64,000 bases of DNA from Candidatus Poribacteria bacterium (GTDB lineage Bacteria > Poribacteria > WGA-4E > WGA-3G), in the NCBI GenBank assembly GCA_964291315.2, contig OZ219750.1, positions 512,001 to 576,000 of the forward strand. The letters are read 5' to 3'. Shown piece by piece: positions 1 to 9,859 of the stretch (positions are counted from its first letter, which is position 1; every line of letters starts with the position of its first letter). Position numbers and translations under genes: made by a program. The notes under the pieces were generated by a model. That model was not told the origin of the DNA and did no database searches. It saw nothing but the letters and a program-made list of their open reading frames with translations.

Positions 1-1772
1 CTCCCCTTCCACCTCCACCTCCACCAGCCGTTCCTGTAAGTATGGCCTTGATCCCTGCGGGCACCTTCCAGATGGGCAGCAGCAGTGGTGATACGGATGA
101 ACGCCCGGTTCACACTGTCTCTGTAGATGCGTTTCATATGGATACGCGTGAAGTGACGAACGCGGAATATGCGGCGTTTCTCAATGCGAAGGGGAAACAT
201 GCGGATGCGGGTCATACGTGGCTGTCTCTCGGTAGCAGTGATGTGCACATTGAGCTTATAGCGGGAGCGTATCGTGTGAAGTCGGGGTATGCGAATCATC
301 CTGTTGTTCGGGTGAGTTGGTATGGTGCGATGGCGTATGCTGCGTGGGTAGGCAAGCGCCTGCCGACCGAGGCGGAGTGGGAATATGCTGCTCGCGGCGG
401 ATTAGCAGGAAAACTTTATCCCTGGGGCGACACGGTAGACTCCAGTCGTGCGAACTATGGTGGGAACGTCGGTAGGACAACGGCGGGCGGTGCGTATGCG
501 GCGAACGGTTATGGTCTGTATGATATGGCGGGTAATGTCTGGGAGTGGTGTCTGGATGCGTATGATATGGAGTTCTATGCGGGGTCTGCCACTCAGAACC
601 CGTTATCGGGTGCGAGCAGTATCGAGTCGTTAGTAGCTGGTTATGTCTCGGTTGATTCGTATCGTGTGTTGCGGGGTGGTTCCTATATCTACTCGGCGCA
701 AGTTGTTCGGGTGTCGAATCGTGATCTTACTTTACCGATGAGTACGGGCGGTGATCTCGGTTTTCGGTGTGTGAAGTCAGTGCAGGCTGTGTCGGTTGCG
801 CCAACTCCGGTTTTAGCAGACCGATCGGGCGATACTGACGATAACGATAGGTCACACCCGTCTTTCAAAGGCTATGTTTATACCCCAGCGCCGTATCGAG
901 ACATGGGAAGTCCTGTTGCGGGTGTAACCGTCACGATCATATCAGGTGGTAGATCTGGGGAGTCGACTACGACCGACAAAACTGGTATGTACACGTTTCC
1001 TAATGTTGAAGGAAATTCCCTGCAGCTTCGTGTTGAAAAGGAAGGTTATGAGCCTAAAGAGGTGACCGTGTACCGATCCGGGCCTACCCGGCTTGCAAAC
1101 GGCGGGGTGCCAAACTTTGGTGTACCGAGAGGCTATCCTACGCACACAATGCAAAGAACGCCTGGTGTCATACTCATTGGGTTTAAGTGGTTAGAAGATG
1201 CTCGAAAGGTCTTGGCGAGAACTGAGGTGGTGTATGATCTGCTGTTGGTTAAAGACCCTGAATTTTCTAAGCCGAGTGGATGGACCGGATACTATTCAGG
1301 AGGGGTGGTAGCGGTCCCTGATGTCAGCAGAAAAGATGGTTTTTTCTTGTGGACCCTTGTGCATGAGATTGCTCATGCTAATCAGCATGGTCTGGTTGGG
1401 CTTGATGGTAGGGATAATTCTGCTGGGATAGGTTCCGTCTCAATTGAAAAGTACGAGCGGACTCCTCAAGGGCGAGAGTTTGTGCAAGCTTGGAAAACAG
1501 ATCTTAGGGAGTTTGGCAAGACAGCGTTGGATGCTAGATCGTACTATGCGAAAAGTTCAAAAGAGAATGCAGCGGAGATCTTCGCGTATTGGTGGAGTCT
1601 GGGGACGTGGTGGGAAGGCGGTGGTAGAAGGTACGGAGACCTTCAAGCGGGAGCTCCGAACAGGATGAAGTGGGCGAGAAAGTGGTTTCCTAGACCAGAC
1701 GCGCCGGAGCCTCCGGTGAAACCGAATATATCCATAGAGCATGTAGATCCTGTTCCTAGTACTACTTTGTAA
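1..1772 (+). CDS. 5'-truncated multidomain protein: Pro-rich linker, FGE-sulfatase (CLec-fold) domain, carboxypeptidase-regulatory-like beta-sandwich, zincin-like metallopeptidase domain
   Basis: Frame is open from the window start (PLPPPPPPAVPVSM), so ATG 42 is probably internal. FGE motifs IPAGTFQMGS, RLPTEAEWEYAARGG, YGLYDMAGNVWEW, RGGS, GFRC; then VAGVTVTI..TTTDKTGMYTF..VEKEGY; then HEIAH...ENAAEIFA. Confidence 0.85.
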   Translation, partial: PLPPPPPPAVPVSMALIPAGTFQMGSSSGDTDERPVHTVSVDAFHMDTREVTNAEYAAFLNAKGKHADAGHTWLSLGSSDVHIELIAGAYRVKSGYANHPVVRVSWYGAMAYAAWVGKRLPTEAEWEYAARGGLAGKLYPWGDTVDSSRANYGGNVGRTTAGGAYAANGYGLYDMAGNVWEWCLDAYDMEFYAGSATQNPLSGASSIESLVAGYVSVDSYRVLRGGSYIYSAQVVRVSNRDLTLPMSTGGDLGFRCVKSVQAVSVAPTPVLADRSGDTDDNDRSHPSFKGYVYTPAPYRDMGSPVAGVTVTIISGGRSGESTTTDKTGMYTFPNVEGNSLQLRVEKEGYEPKEVTVYRSGPTRLANGGVPNFGVPRGYPTHTMQRTPGVILIGFKWLEDARKVLARTEVVYDLLLVKDPEFSKPSGWTGYYSGGVVAVPDVSRKDGFFLWTLVHEIAHANQHGLVGLDGRDNSAGIGSVSIEKYERTPQGREFVQAWKTDLREFGKTALDARSYYAKSSKENAAEIFAYWWSLGTWWEGGGRRYGDLQAGAPNRMKWARKWFPRPDAPEPPVKPNISIEHVDPVPSTTL

Positions 1773-1775
1773 TTA

Positions 1776-1809
1776 GATAACCCGGCAACTTGGATTGCTG
1801 GGTTATTTC
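1776..1809 (+). terminator. Stem-loop directly after the stop codon (probable terminator)
   Basis: ataacccggcaa / ttgctgggttat inverted repeat. Confidence 0.6.
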
Positions 1810-1860
1810 ATAGAGTAACATGGGCTTGATAATTATTTATTTTGTTTTTGAATGAAGAGA

Positions 1861-2014
1861 GAGCTTGTAGCCCCTAATGGTTGATGCTTACAAGCGTTGG
1901 AGGTGCACAGCCTGAGAGTCTAGGGACAAATCCCGTGCACACCGTAACAGGTTCTGCCACAAGTCCTTTGCAAAGGAAGCGAATAGGGTCTGCTTTCAAA
2001 AGACTCCTATTCAC
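1861..2014 (-). ncRNA. Candidate structured RNA (four consecutive stem-loops), family unknown
   Basis: Stems gcttgta/tacaagc, gtgcac/gtgcac enclosing ggga/tccc, tccttt/aaagga, gcgaatagggtct/agactcctattcac. One G-U pair favours the minus strand. Confidence 0.3.
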
Positions 2015-2128
2015 TTTTTTTATCATGTTCTCTACAGAGCCAAACGTGTCCCGGTATCGGTGCTGGATGTTTTCCCGGATGTGCCTGTTTCGGTTATGTT
2101 GAGACCATGCGAGTGCGGGCGTTGGAAG

Positions 2129-2740
2129 TTAAGGCGATGTTGGGGCGTACCCGTAGAGCTCAATCTCCGAAATCTTAGCGAGTGCTGTTGTTGCCCCGGT
2201 TATGAAATAATGGTAGCGTCCGCGTTGAATATTGCCGTCGGAGGTTTGCACATTTTTTCGCCTGAGTTGTACATTTTGACGTTTACGTGCCGCGTCCTCC
2301 GTCGTCCGGCGAACGACCACTTTAATACCAGACGTTATAACGGCTGTTTTCAGGCGGATGTCAATAGTTGGCTTGCTATTGCTGCGTTGGTCGTAAATTT
2401 TGTCCCATTTTCCGCGGGAATTGAAGGCGTGTATTTGGAATGTTTGGAGGTTCGTTGAGTGGATCACAATACGGTAGAGAGTTTTCTTTTCTGGCAGGTA
2501 AATGATTGCTTCGGATGGAAGATCGAGGTATACTCCTTTTGTGTCTGGGCTTTCTTGGCGGTGGGATAGCCCGATGGTTTCGGGTTTATTGTCAATGAAC
2601 GCGGGATCAGTTGCTGTTACCCCGGGCAGGAGGGCGTAATTTTCGCTCCACTTCTGCCCGAAGGTACATCCGCAACAGAAGCACAACAGTCCTAAAAGCG
2701 CGTATCCGCAAATGCTCATTCCGTTTAAATTTTTGCTCAT
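2129..2740 (-). CDS. Hypothetical lipoprotein
   Basis: 203 aa ORF; hydrophobic N-terminus ending CCGC; overlaps the stop of the upstream gene (ATGA). Confidence 0.7.
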   Translation of the reverse strand: MSKNLNGMSICGYALLGLLCFCCGCTFGQKWSENYALLPGVTATDPAFIDNKPETIGLSHRQESPDTKGVYLDLPSEAIIYLPEKKTLYRIVIHSTNLQTFQIHAFNSRGKWDKIYDQRSNSKPTIDIRLKTAVITSGIKVVVRRTTEDAARKRQNVQLRRKNVQTSDGNIQRGRYHYFITGATTALAKISEIELYGYAPTSP

Positions 2741-3795
2741 GGTTGCCTCCGAGTCTGGCTGTTCATCTCATTGATCTGTTTCAGAATGTCCGCTTTTGTG
2801 AGTGGCCGTATCTTAAACTGCAATTCCTTAAAAAAGGGTACGAGGTTTTCGCCTGCTGCCTTGCTGAGGTAGTAGACGAGGAAGCTTGTGCGCATTTTCC
2901 CTTCGAGTTTTTGATGTAGGGCATCGGCTTCCATCAATTCAAAGACTTTTATATAGAAGTTGTTTCCGTAACGTTCACGCAATTCAGACACAAGAGTATA
3001 AGCGTATCTATAGCGCCACTGTGTGAGGGGGCCGCCATCGAGATGCCCTTCCCAGTTTTCTAGTTGGTTCACACCGTCAAGATCAAACCGTAGCCATTCT
3101 TTAAGGTTGTCAAATTTCGGATGTGAACCGCCCTTTGCGTATTCTGTCTGAATGAGTACAGCGATACCTTCCGAAAACCATACTGGCAGGAAGTAGATGT
3201 TTGTAAAGGCATGTGTCAACTCGTGTGCTCGGACTCCGTGTTTCTCATACATTGCCAGCGGGAAATCCATCTTAATCCCGTTGATGAATTTCAGGTACTG
3301 CCCATTCTGGAATCCATACCGGTAGCTTGTCGTAGTGGTTGCGGCTAGTCTGCTGCCTTGATAGCGGTCGTGCAACGTCACGTGGATTTTATGCTGCGGT
3401 CGGAAACCGAAGAGGCGGTTCATTGCATCATAGAGGCTCTCCATATAACCGAGCGCGCTTCGAGCAAATGACTCTCGCTCCTCAGCGGAGTCAAGTGTGG
3501 GGTATTCGTATAAATCTTTGGCGAAAGTGAGAGTGTAGTGGTCACTCACACCGTATAGAGCATCGGGTTGCCTGATTTCAATTGTTGCCTTCGAGGGTCT
3601 GAGCATGAGCGAATCGGTGTTCCGATCTTTAAGTATGCGTTTCTCACGACGCTGCTGTGCCTCCTTTAATGCTGCACAACCGCTGAAAATAAGAGCTATG
3701 ATGAGCAACATGACTGTGATTCGGAACCACATTGCATTACAAAGCACACGTTGGGAACTTGCATCTGCGAGGGAGGATCTGTGTCTAGGTTTCAC
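2737..3795 (-). CDS. Putative gluzincin-like metallopeptidase lipoprotein (start may be ATG 3732)
   Basis: Lipobox FSGC; HELTH followed by WFSEGIA. Confidence 0.75.
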   Translation of the reverse strand: MKPRHRSSLADASSQRVLCNAMWFRITVMLLIIALIFSGCAALKEAQQRREKRILKDRNTDSLMLRPSKATIEIRQPDALYGVSDHYTLTFAKDLYEYPTLDSAEERESFARSALGYMESLYDAMNRLFGFRPQHKIHVTLHDRYQGSRLAATTTTSYRYGFQNGQYLKFINGIKMDFPLAMYEKHGVRAHELTHAFTNIYFLPVWFSEGIAVLIQTEYAKGGSHPKFDNLKEWLRFDLDGVNQLENWEGHLDGGPLTQWRYRYAYTLVSELRERYGNNFYIKVFELMEADALHQKLEGKMRTSFLVYYLSKAAGENLVPFFKELQFKIRPLTKADILKQINEMNSQTRRQP

Positions 3796-3805
3796 TTTTT
3801 GCCTT

Positions 3806-5197
3806 TCAAAGCGGTACTGCTCTCGATGTATCGCCGATGCGCCGCATCGTAATGTCCTGCGTAAGGGTTGGGTCAGGTAGGTTTGTTTCAGCGAGGCGGC
3901 GTTGCAAAAAAGCCTCCATGTCGGTTTTCAGGCGTGCAACAATCACATCGGCCTCCTCAGCGAGATTGTAGACCTCATCGGGGTCCTCTTCAAGGTCGTA
4001 GAGTTCCAAATCCGGGGTGTTATAGACAGCGGGTGTGCCGCCCGTCTCAACAATTAGTTTCCATTTTTCTGTCTGCCAACCTCGTTTTTTCATCCAGCTG
4101 CATTCCGTAAGGTAGATAGCCTCTGTTGTTCCGTCGTTGCTACCGTTCTCTATTAGCGTGCGGAGGCTTACGCCTTCCATTTTTTCCCGTTCCATGAGTG
4201 TTGTTAATCCAGCGTAATCGAGGATCGTCGGGGCGATATCTGTGAGGCGCACTAGCCCTTTAAGCCGTTGCCCCTGGGCAATAAGCGCGGGGCAGTGAAC
4301 GATTAGTGGAACGTGGCAGTTTGTTTCGTAGAGTCCGTGGTGATCATACCAGAGTTCATGCTCGTCAAGCTCTTCTCCGTGGTCTGCTGTGATGATGAGA
4401 AGTGTCTCCTCAAAATGTCCACAGTCTTGTAGGTATTGGAAAAGCTGCGCTAGGCATGCATCCATGTAAGCGATCGAGGCATCGTACTGGGCATTTACGT
4501 ACCGCCGGTCTCTCCAGAGCCGTTTTTTCGCCATGTTTTCTGGGTCAGTTGGATCTGGGGTGCACATCCATTCTCGAAAGTAATCTGCAAATGGATCACA
4601 TGCATAGACAGGATCCATACTCCGATTGTTCGGATCACATTCATTCCCGCTATAGAACATCCGTTCAAATGGTAGCGGTGGCAGGTAGGGCGTATGTGGA
4701 TCCCAATAGTGCAGAAAAGCGAACCAGGGGTTATCCTGCGCTTGCGCGAGGTCTAGGAGTTCCATCGCGGTCTGGTTAACCGCTTCTGCTTTTCGGGCAT
4801 TGCGGTGTCTGTTATCCCATCGATAGCCTCGATATTGTGTCTCTGAGAAACCTCGTTGAAACCACCTTCCCAAATTGTCCGCAGCCACAGTGAAGTATCC
4901 GGCCTCACTCATTAACTCTGGAACCGTTTTTATATTGTTGGACAAGTCCAACGTTCCGCCTTGTGTAATGATTTGGTGGGATAAGACATCCTTGCCGGTG
5001 AATATTGTGGTATGTGCCGGGTGTGTTGGAATATGCGGACTGATGCACTTCTCAAAGAGCGTCGCTCGTTCTGAAAGTCTATCAAGGTGTGGTGTAGTCA
5101 GGTTATGATGCCCGTAGCAACTCATACTTGATGCCCGCAGCGTGTCTAATGAAATAAGGATGATGTTGCGCAAAAATTTTGTTCCTTTCTTTTTCAT
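3806..5197 (-). CDS. Sulfatase-like hydrolase (alkaline phosphatase superfamily)
   Basis: NIILISLDTLRA, HYWDPHTPY, ITADHGE, DHHGLYE; active-site motif is THPAH rather than CxPxR. Confidence 0.9.
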   Translation of the reverse strand: MKKKGTKFLRNIILISLDTLRASSMSCYGHHNLTTPHLDRLSERATLFEKCISPHIPTHPAHTTIFTGKDVLSHQIITQGGTLDLSNNIKTVPELMSEAGYFTVAADNLGRWFQRGFSETQYRGYRWDNRHRNARKAEAVNQTAMELLDLAQAQDNPWFAFLHYWDPHTPYLPPLPFERMFYSGNECDPNNRSMDPVYACDPFADYFREWMCTPDPTDPENMAKKRLWRDRRYVNAQYDASIAYMDACLAQLFQYLQDCGHFEETLLIITADHGEELDEHELWYDHHGLYETNCHVPLIVHCPALIAQGQRLKGLVRLTDIAPTILDYAGLTTLMEREKMEGVSLRTLIENGSNDGTTEAIYLTECSWMKKRGWQTEKWKLIVETGGTPAVYNTPDLELYDLEEDPDEVYNLAEEADVIVARLKTDMEAFLQRRLAETNLPDPTLTQDITMRRIGDTSRAVPL

Positions 5198-5230
5198 TGG
5201 CGCGGTAGGGGTTGACCACTAATCAGCGCC

Positions 5231-6376
5231 TTAATCACTTGCGGTGCTCTGTGCAGTTGAAGTCTGTGCATCACGGATTGCTTTACACAGATAGGTAATC
5301 CCTTCAGGAATATCATCTACGTGACAGTAAGCATACGCGAGTCGAATCGCTTTCACAGGTGCGCTCGCGTAATGGAAGGCACCACCGTTGGTGAAACCTA
5401 CGCCCTTTTCTGCGGCGAGTTCACGGAGTTTGTCTAGGTCTGTAGTCTCCGGTAAATCTATCCATAGGAAGAGTCCCCCCCGCGGACGGGTCCATGTGCA
5501 AATGTCGCTGACATGTTTGTTGAGGGTTTCTAGGACAGCGCGGCATTTCGCGCCAACGGCAGCGTTGGTCTTTACAAGATGTGTTTCGAGATGCTCCATG
5601 AAGAATTCCGCGACTATTGCGCTTGCCAGTGCACTCGTCCCGCCGTCCCAGCGGTTCTGATGGATTCGTCCGTAATACGGTTCCCGTGCCACGAAGTAGC
5701 CTTGTCGGATGCCTGCGCCTAATATCTTCGAGAAAGTGGCGATAAAAATTACACGGTTTGCTGTATCCAGCTTAAAAAGCGATGCCGGTGTCGGAGTAGA
5801 TGTAAAGTCAATATCACCGTAGCAGTCATCTTCAACAATGAGCGTATCGTATTCCTCTGCTAATTCCAACATCCGTTTTCGGCGTTCAAGCGAGAGGACT
5901 GCGCCCGTCGGGTTCTGGTGGTTCGAAGTTGTATAGATAAAAGAAGGGTGGATATTTTTCCGCTTGAGTACCTGTAGTTTTAATTCCAGATCATTCATAT
6001 CCATACCGTCGATATAGTCCATCGCTACGCCCTCGATGTTTGCTTTGAAATGCCGCATGATACCGAGGGTGCCGCTGTAGGTGTATTCTTCTGTTAGCAC
6101 GGTATCCCCAGGATCGATGAGCGTTCCGAGCACCAATTCTAATGCTTGCATAGAACCCGAGGTGATTGAAATGTTATCTATCGGCAGCGGGATTCCTTCA
6201 CGGCGTTCAAACCGCATAGATGCTAGCTCCCGTAAACCTCGATAGCCGGATTCGCCCGGATAATTAACCAGATTGCCTCCCAACTTACGGAGTGCCTTTT
6301 CGCTAGCCTCAATTAAATCTTTCGTTGGAAACGTGTACGGGTCCGGGCGCCCCCCGGTGAAAGCAAAGTCTTTCAT
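5231..6376 (-). CDS. PLP-dependent aminotransferase class I/II (MocR/LysN-like, no HTH)
   Basis: HQNPTG, IVEDDCY, TFSKILGAGIRQG. Confidence 0.9.
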   Translation of the reverse strand: MKDFAFTGGRPDPYTFPTKDLIEASEKALRKLGGNLVNYPGESGYRGLRELASMRFERREGIPLPIDNISITSGSMQALELVLGTLIDPGDTVLTEEYTYSGTLGIMRHFKANIEGVAMDYIDGMDMNDLELKLQVLKRKNIHPSFIYTTSNHQNPTGAVLSLERRKRMLELAEEYDTLIVEDDCYGDIDFTSTPTPASLFKLDTANRVIFIATFSKILGAGIRQGYFVAREPYYGRIHQNRWDGGTSALASAIVAEFFMEHLETHLVKTNAAVGAKCRAVLETLNKHVSDICTWTRPRGGLFLWIDLPETTDLDKLRELAAEKGVGFTNGGAFHYASAPVKAIRLAYAYCHVDDIPEGITYLCKAIRDAQTSTAQSTASD

Positions 6377-6702
6377 AGTATGCTGTTCCTTTGAACCTGA
6401 GTATTTCTATAAAAATCTCGGTTTGCATCTACCCAAATAGATGGAAAAATCTCAAGGTACAGGCGACACTCTTTATGAATATTCCACGCGCTGTTCAAGT
6501 CCTTGTCCATAAATTTAGGTACTGCTCCTTTTTTCAGCAGATACCAATGTATTGGACATAATTATAGCAGATTTATAAAAAAAAAACAATAAGGGAGATA
6601 CTCTATTTCTATGCTTCTATAGGACGCGAACGTTTCTTTTTTTTGACGCGGATTTTCATATTGTGTTATACTTAAGACACTTTTAATGCACTTTTATGAC
6701 AA

Positions 6703-7185
6703 ATGACAGCCCAAAAACCGCAGCCAAACCTCATGTTTGAACCTATGTGCTTATCTGACCTGCCACAGGTACTCAAGATCGAAAACGAGTGCTTTGAGGA
6801 CCCGTGGAGCGCGACTCATTTCACACTGTCCTTGAAGAGACCGAGATCGCATGATTTTTTTTATGTTGTGCGCTCCGAAAACACCGTCATGGGTTACATT
6901 GTGTTCGCGGTTCTCTATGAAGAAGCTCATATCTTGAATATTGCGGTGCCGGCTGCTCATCGAGGGCAGGGCATCGGTAAGTATCTTCTTGCTTCGGCCT
7001 TAGAGGCAATAGAGGCGCGGGATGGACGCGATGTCTTCTTGGAAGTCGCTGTCAGCAACTTACCGGCACAATACCTCTACCGACAGTTTGGATTTCGCAT
7101 CTGTGGTATCCGAAAAAACTACTACGGGTGTCATAAAGACGCTTACGTTTTCCGTAAAGGAGCTCTAGAAACCGATGCTACTTAA
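6703..7185 (+). CDS. rimI: Ribosomal-protein-alanine N-acetyltransferase
   Basis: EAHILNIAV..HRGQGIG, LEVAVSNLPAQYLY..FGF..GIRKNYY. Confidence 0.9.
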   Translation: MTAQKPQPNLMFEPMCLSDLPQVLKIENECFEDPWSATHFTLSLKRPRSHDFFYVVRSENTVMGYIVFAVLYEEAHILNIAVPAAHRGQGIGKYLLASALEAIEARDGRDVFLEVAVSNLPAQYLYRQFGFRICGIRKNYYGCHKDAYVFRKGALETDAT

Positions 7186-7954
7186 CCTCTTAAACTACAC
7201 CTTTTTAGCAACCGAGGCACTGTCACTCGTAACTCGTCGACAGGAAGCGCGCACTGTCGGCAGGAATGGCTGGCGCGTTATAGAACAAGAAGTCCACTGG
7301 AACCCTTCTGAGACCGCTATTCTTGTCGTGGATATGTGGAACGAACATTGGTCTTGGGGTGCCACGGAGCGCGTGAACGTGATAGCACCTCGGATGAACA
7401 TTGTCCTCGGGCGCGCGAGGGAACGAGGTATACAAATTATTCATGCTCCTTCCGACACGATGGATTTCTACAAGGTACACCCAGCACGCCGCTCAATCTT
7501 AGAACTTCCGCACGCTGATCCGCCCGTTGAGCTGGAACTGCCGGATCCGCCTTTACCGGTTGATGCTTCCGACGGCGGATCGGACACCGGTGAGGCTAGT
7601 TTTTACAAAGCGTGGCATCGTCAGCATCCAGACATCGAGATCTTTGACACAGATGCTATCAGTGACAATGGACAGGAGGTTTATAATTTTCTCCACCACA
7701 AAGGAATCAAGAATGTCATCTTTATGGGGGTTCACACCAATATGTGTGTCCTCGCCCGCTCTTTCGCGATTAAACAGATGGTTCGTTGGGGTTTCAATGC
7801 TGTGCTAGCGCGGGATCTCACGGATGCGATGTATAATCCTTTCAAACCGCCTTATGTGAGTCATGAAGCCGGCACACAGCTCATCATTGAATATATAGAG
7901 AAATTCTGGTGTCCCACAATCCTCAGCGGTGATTTAACAGCCCGAAAAGCCTGA
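7175..7954 (+). CDS. Isochorismatase/cysteine hydrolase family protein
   Basis: TAILVVDMW, IIHAPS, GVHTNMCV, RDLTD. Confidence 0.85.
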   Translation: MLLNLLNYTFLATEALSLVTRRQEARTVGRNGWRVIEQEVHWNPSETAILVVDMWNEHWSWGATERVNVIAPRMNIVLGRARERGIQIIHAPSDTMDFYKVHPARRSILELPHADPPVELELPDPPLPVDASDGGSDTGEASFYKAWHRQHPDIEIFDTDAISDNGQEVYNFLHHKGIKNVIFMGVHTNMCVLARSFAIKQMVRWGFNAVLARDLTDAMYNPFKPPYVSHEAGTQLIIEYIEKFWCPTILSGDLTARKA

Positions 7955-8212
7955 TATTCCTTATCGGCCAGGGAAAATAGGTCGGCATTTCCAAATTCTA
8001 CAAATTCTAACAGACACAAGAACATTTTCTGTGTATGCGGCATTTTCCAATGCAGTCCTTTTATATCTCGGTGTTTTTTCTCCTTGCGGGCGTGATAGGC
8101 CCTCCCTATCAAGAAAATCGCGAGTGAAACTTGTTACTTACACGTAGAAGTCGGTATTTGGAAATGTCTTCTACAGAAGGCAGCGAGAAGTTGGCTTTTA
8201 TAGATGCCTCCT

Positions 8213-8254
8213 AAGAGAGAGCCCACGGTAACAAGACCACGGGCTCTCTTTTTC
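8213..8254. terminator. Probable bidirectional terminator between convergent genes
   Basis: gagagcc...ggctctc inverted repeat followed by a T-tract. Confidence 0.55.
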
Positions 8255-8277
8255 AAATTCAATCCGTAGTTTACGGA

Positions 8278-8925
8278 TTACTGACGGCTACCTTTCAACG
8301 CCGCCCATGTAGTTGTGAGTTTCGCTATTGGGTCTACCGTAGTACTTGCAGCAGGCACAACTTCTAGGGCACTAAACATCGCGTTTAGATCGCCAGCACC
8401 CGTCTCTGCGTTCCCTGCAAAATCAAAATCGAGTGTACCATCGCTCACTTGGATACTCGGGTACATCTTGATGTCAATTTCATCTTTACCGGGTGTCACG
8501 TAGAGCGGTTCGACGTTTTCCTTTTCAATGAAAATATCAAAGCCGCGGTTGTTTGGCGACCAATGTTCACCGACAAGATAGGTAACATCGAAAACACCAT
8601 CACCTGTCTTGATCTGATATTTAACTGTGTCCGGGAACTGTGCCCAGCTAACTGCGTAAAAAAGCTCTACATCATAGCCAGCAGCTTCGGCTTGTGCTTT
8701 TGCATCCGCTGTTAAAGTTTCGACTTGAGCTGTCCGAGGTGCCTTTTCAATCCAACCGCCCCAGGCTTGGTTTTCTTGTTGTGCTCCGTGCCAGATGCGT
8801 CCTTGTGAATCGGTAAAGTCGTCTGCTGTGCCACCTTTTACCCGGAATTCTTCTGCTGGAAGCAGTGTCGGCACTGTGAGGCCTATAAGAAAAACCACTG
8901 CCATTAAAACATACAATTTTATCAC
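8278..8925 (-). CDS. Secreted malectin-like carbohydrate-binding protein with C-terminal KLTTTWAALK motif
   Basis: GGAGG SD before GTG 8925; signal peptide; GG..DFTDSQGRIW, YLVGEHW...RGFDIFI, AMFSALEV resemble the malectin fold. Confidence 0.75.
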   Translation of the reverse strand: MIKLYVLMAVVFLIGLTVPTLLPAEEFRVKGGTADDFTDSQGRIWHGAQQENQAWGGWIEKAPRTAQVETLTADAKAQAEAAGYDVELFYAVSWAQFPDTVKYQIKTGDGVFDVTYLVGEHWSPNNRGFDIFIEKENVEPLYVTPGKDEIDIKMYPSIQVSDGTLDFDFAGNAETGAGDLNAMFSALEVVPAASTTVDPIAKLTTTWAALKGSRQ

Positions 8926-8937
8926 AATTACCTCCAT

Positions 8938-9590
8938 TTATTCGTTTTGATGTTGCCTTTTCAGTGCGCTCCATGTCGTTGCGAGCTTTTGTTTTAGGTC
9001 AACGGTTAATGCGGGGATTACTTCTATCCGGCTAAACATTGCATTGAGATCGCCTGCACCGGTCTTCGGGTTGCCAGCAAACTCAAAGGACATTACCTTG
9101 TCTTTAACCTCAATACCTTCATAGTACTTAATGTCGATTTCGTTTTGGCCGGGGGTGAGATACTCTGTCTCAACGATTTTGCCTTCAATGAGGATGTCGA
9201 AGCTTCGGTTGTTTGGCGACCAATGTTCACCGACAAGATAAGTAACAATTAAATGTACCTTTGCCGGTTTTCAATCCATTTTAACGACGCCTGGAAATTG
9301 TGCCCAGCTAACTGGATAAAAAAGTTCTTTGTCGCATCCTTCGGATTTTGCGAGTTTTTCTGCTTCTTTCGTGAGGTTTTGGACTTCCGCGGTGCGCGCA
9401 AGTTTCTCAATCCAGCCGCCCCACTCTTTTTTTCATTTTGTCCGCCGTGCCAGATACGTCCCTTGGAATCTTTAAAATCTTCCAGCTTACCGCCCCATAC
9501 CCGAATTTCTGCGGCAGGTTGCACATTGCAGACGATCGTTATCGCAACAAATGCGGCAAGCAAAACGGCGAAAAGTAAGTTTCTTTCCGT
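8938..9590 (-). pseudogene. Degraded tandem paralog of the malectin-like gene
   Basis: ACG at the start-codon position after GGAGG; about three frameshifts (near 9430, 9275, 9250); pieces align with the neighbour (GRIWHG, WGGWIEK, VSWAQFP, YLVGEHWSPNNR, GAGDLNAMFS, KLATTWSALK). Confidence 0.85.
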
Positions 9591-9859
9591 GTTTTCCTCC
9601 TTAAATCGTGCTTGTGAAAAACATGTATATAAAAAATAGCACATTTGCTTTAAAATTTTCAATTCTTTTTTTAGTATTCTGCTTCTTCGACTAGAACAAG
9701 CCGTTGATTTACCGGCACGTTTGTCAATGTTTGCACAACCCCTAACTAACCACTGACTGTAGATCACTATTTACTGATTTTAGTTGCAATTTCACGGGAA
9801 ATGTGGTATTATACATAAAGGGTTGATGTGGTTAGAACCAACCATTCAAGTTAGGGGAG

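Noticed and set aside
660-780. First FGE gene segment as the template repeat for 50162-50275
   Set aside because: It differs at many non-A positions, is not AAC-rich and lies within a coding region.
42-780. True formylglycine-generating enzyme serving the nearby sulfatase
   Set aside because: The catalytic cysteine pair after RGGS is absent, and the sulfatase lacks a CxPxR substrate motif.
9249-9767. 172 aa ORF-track call
   Set aside because: It is a chimera of upstream sequence, the pseudogene N-terminus and out-of-frame sequence.
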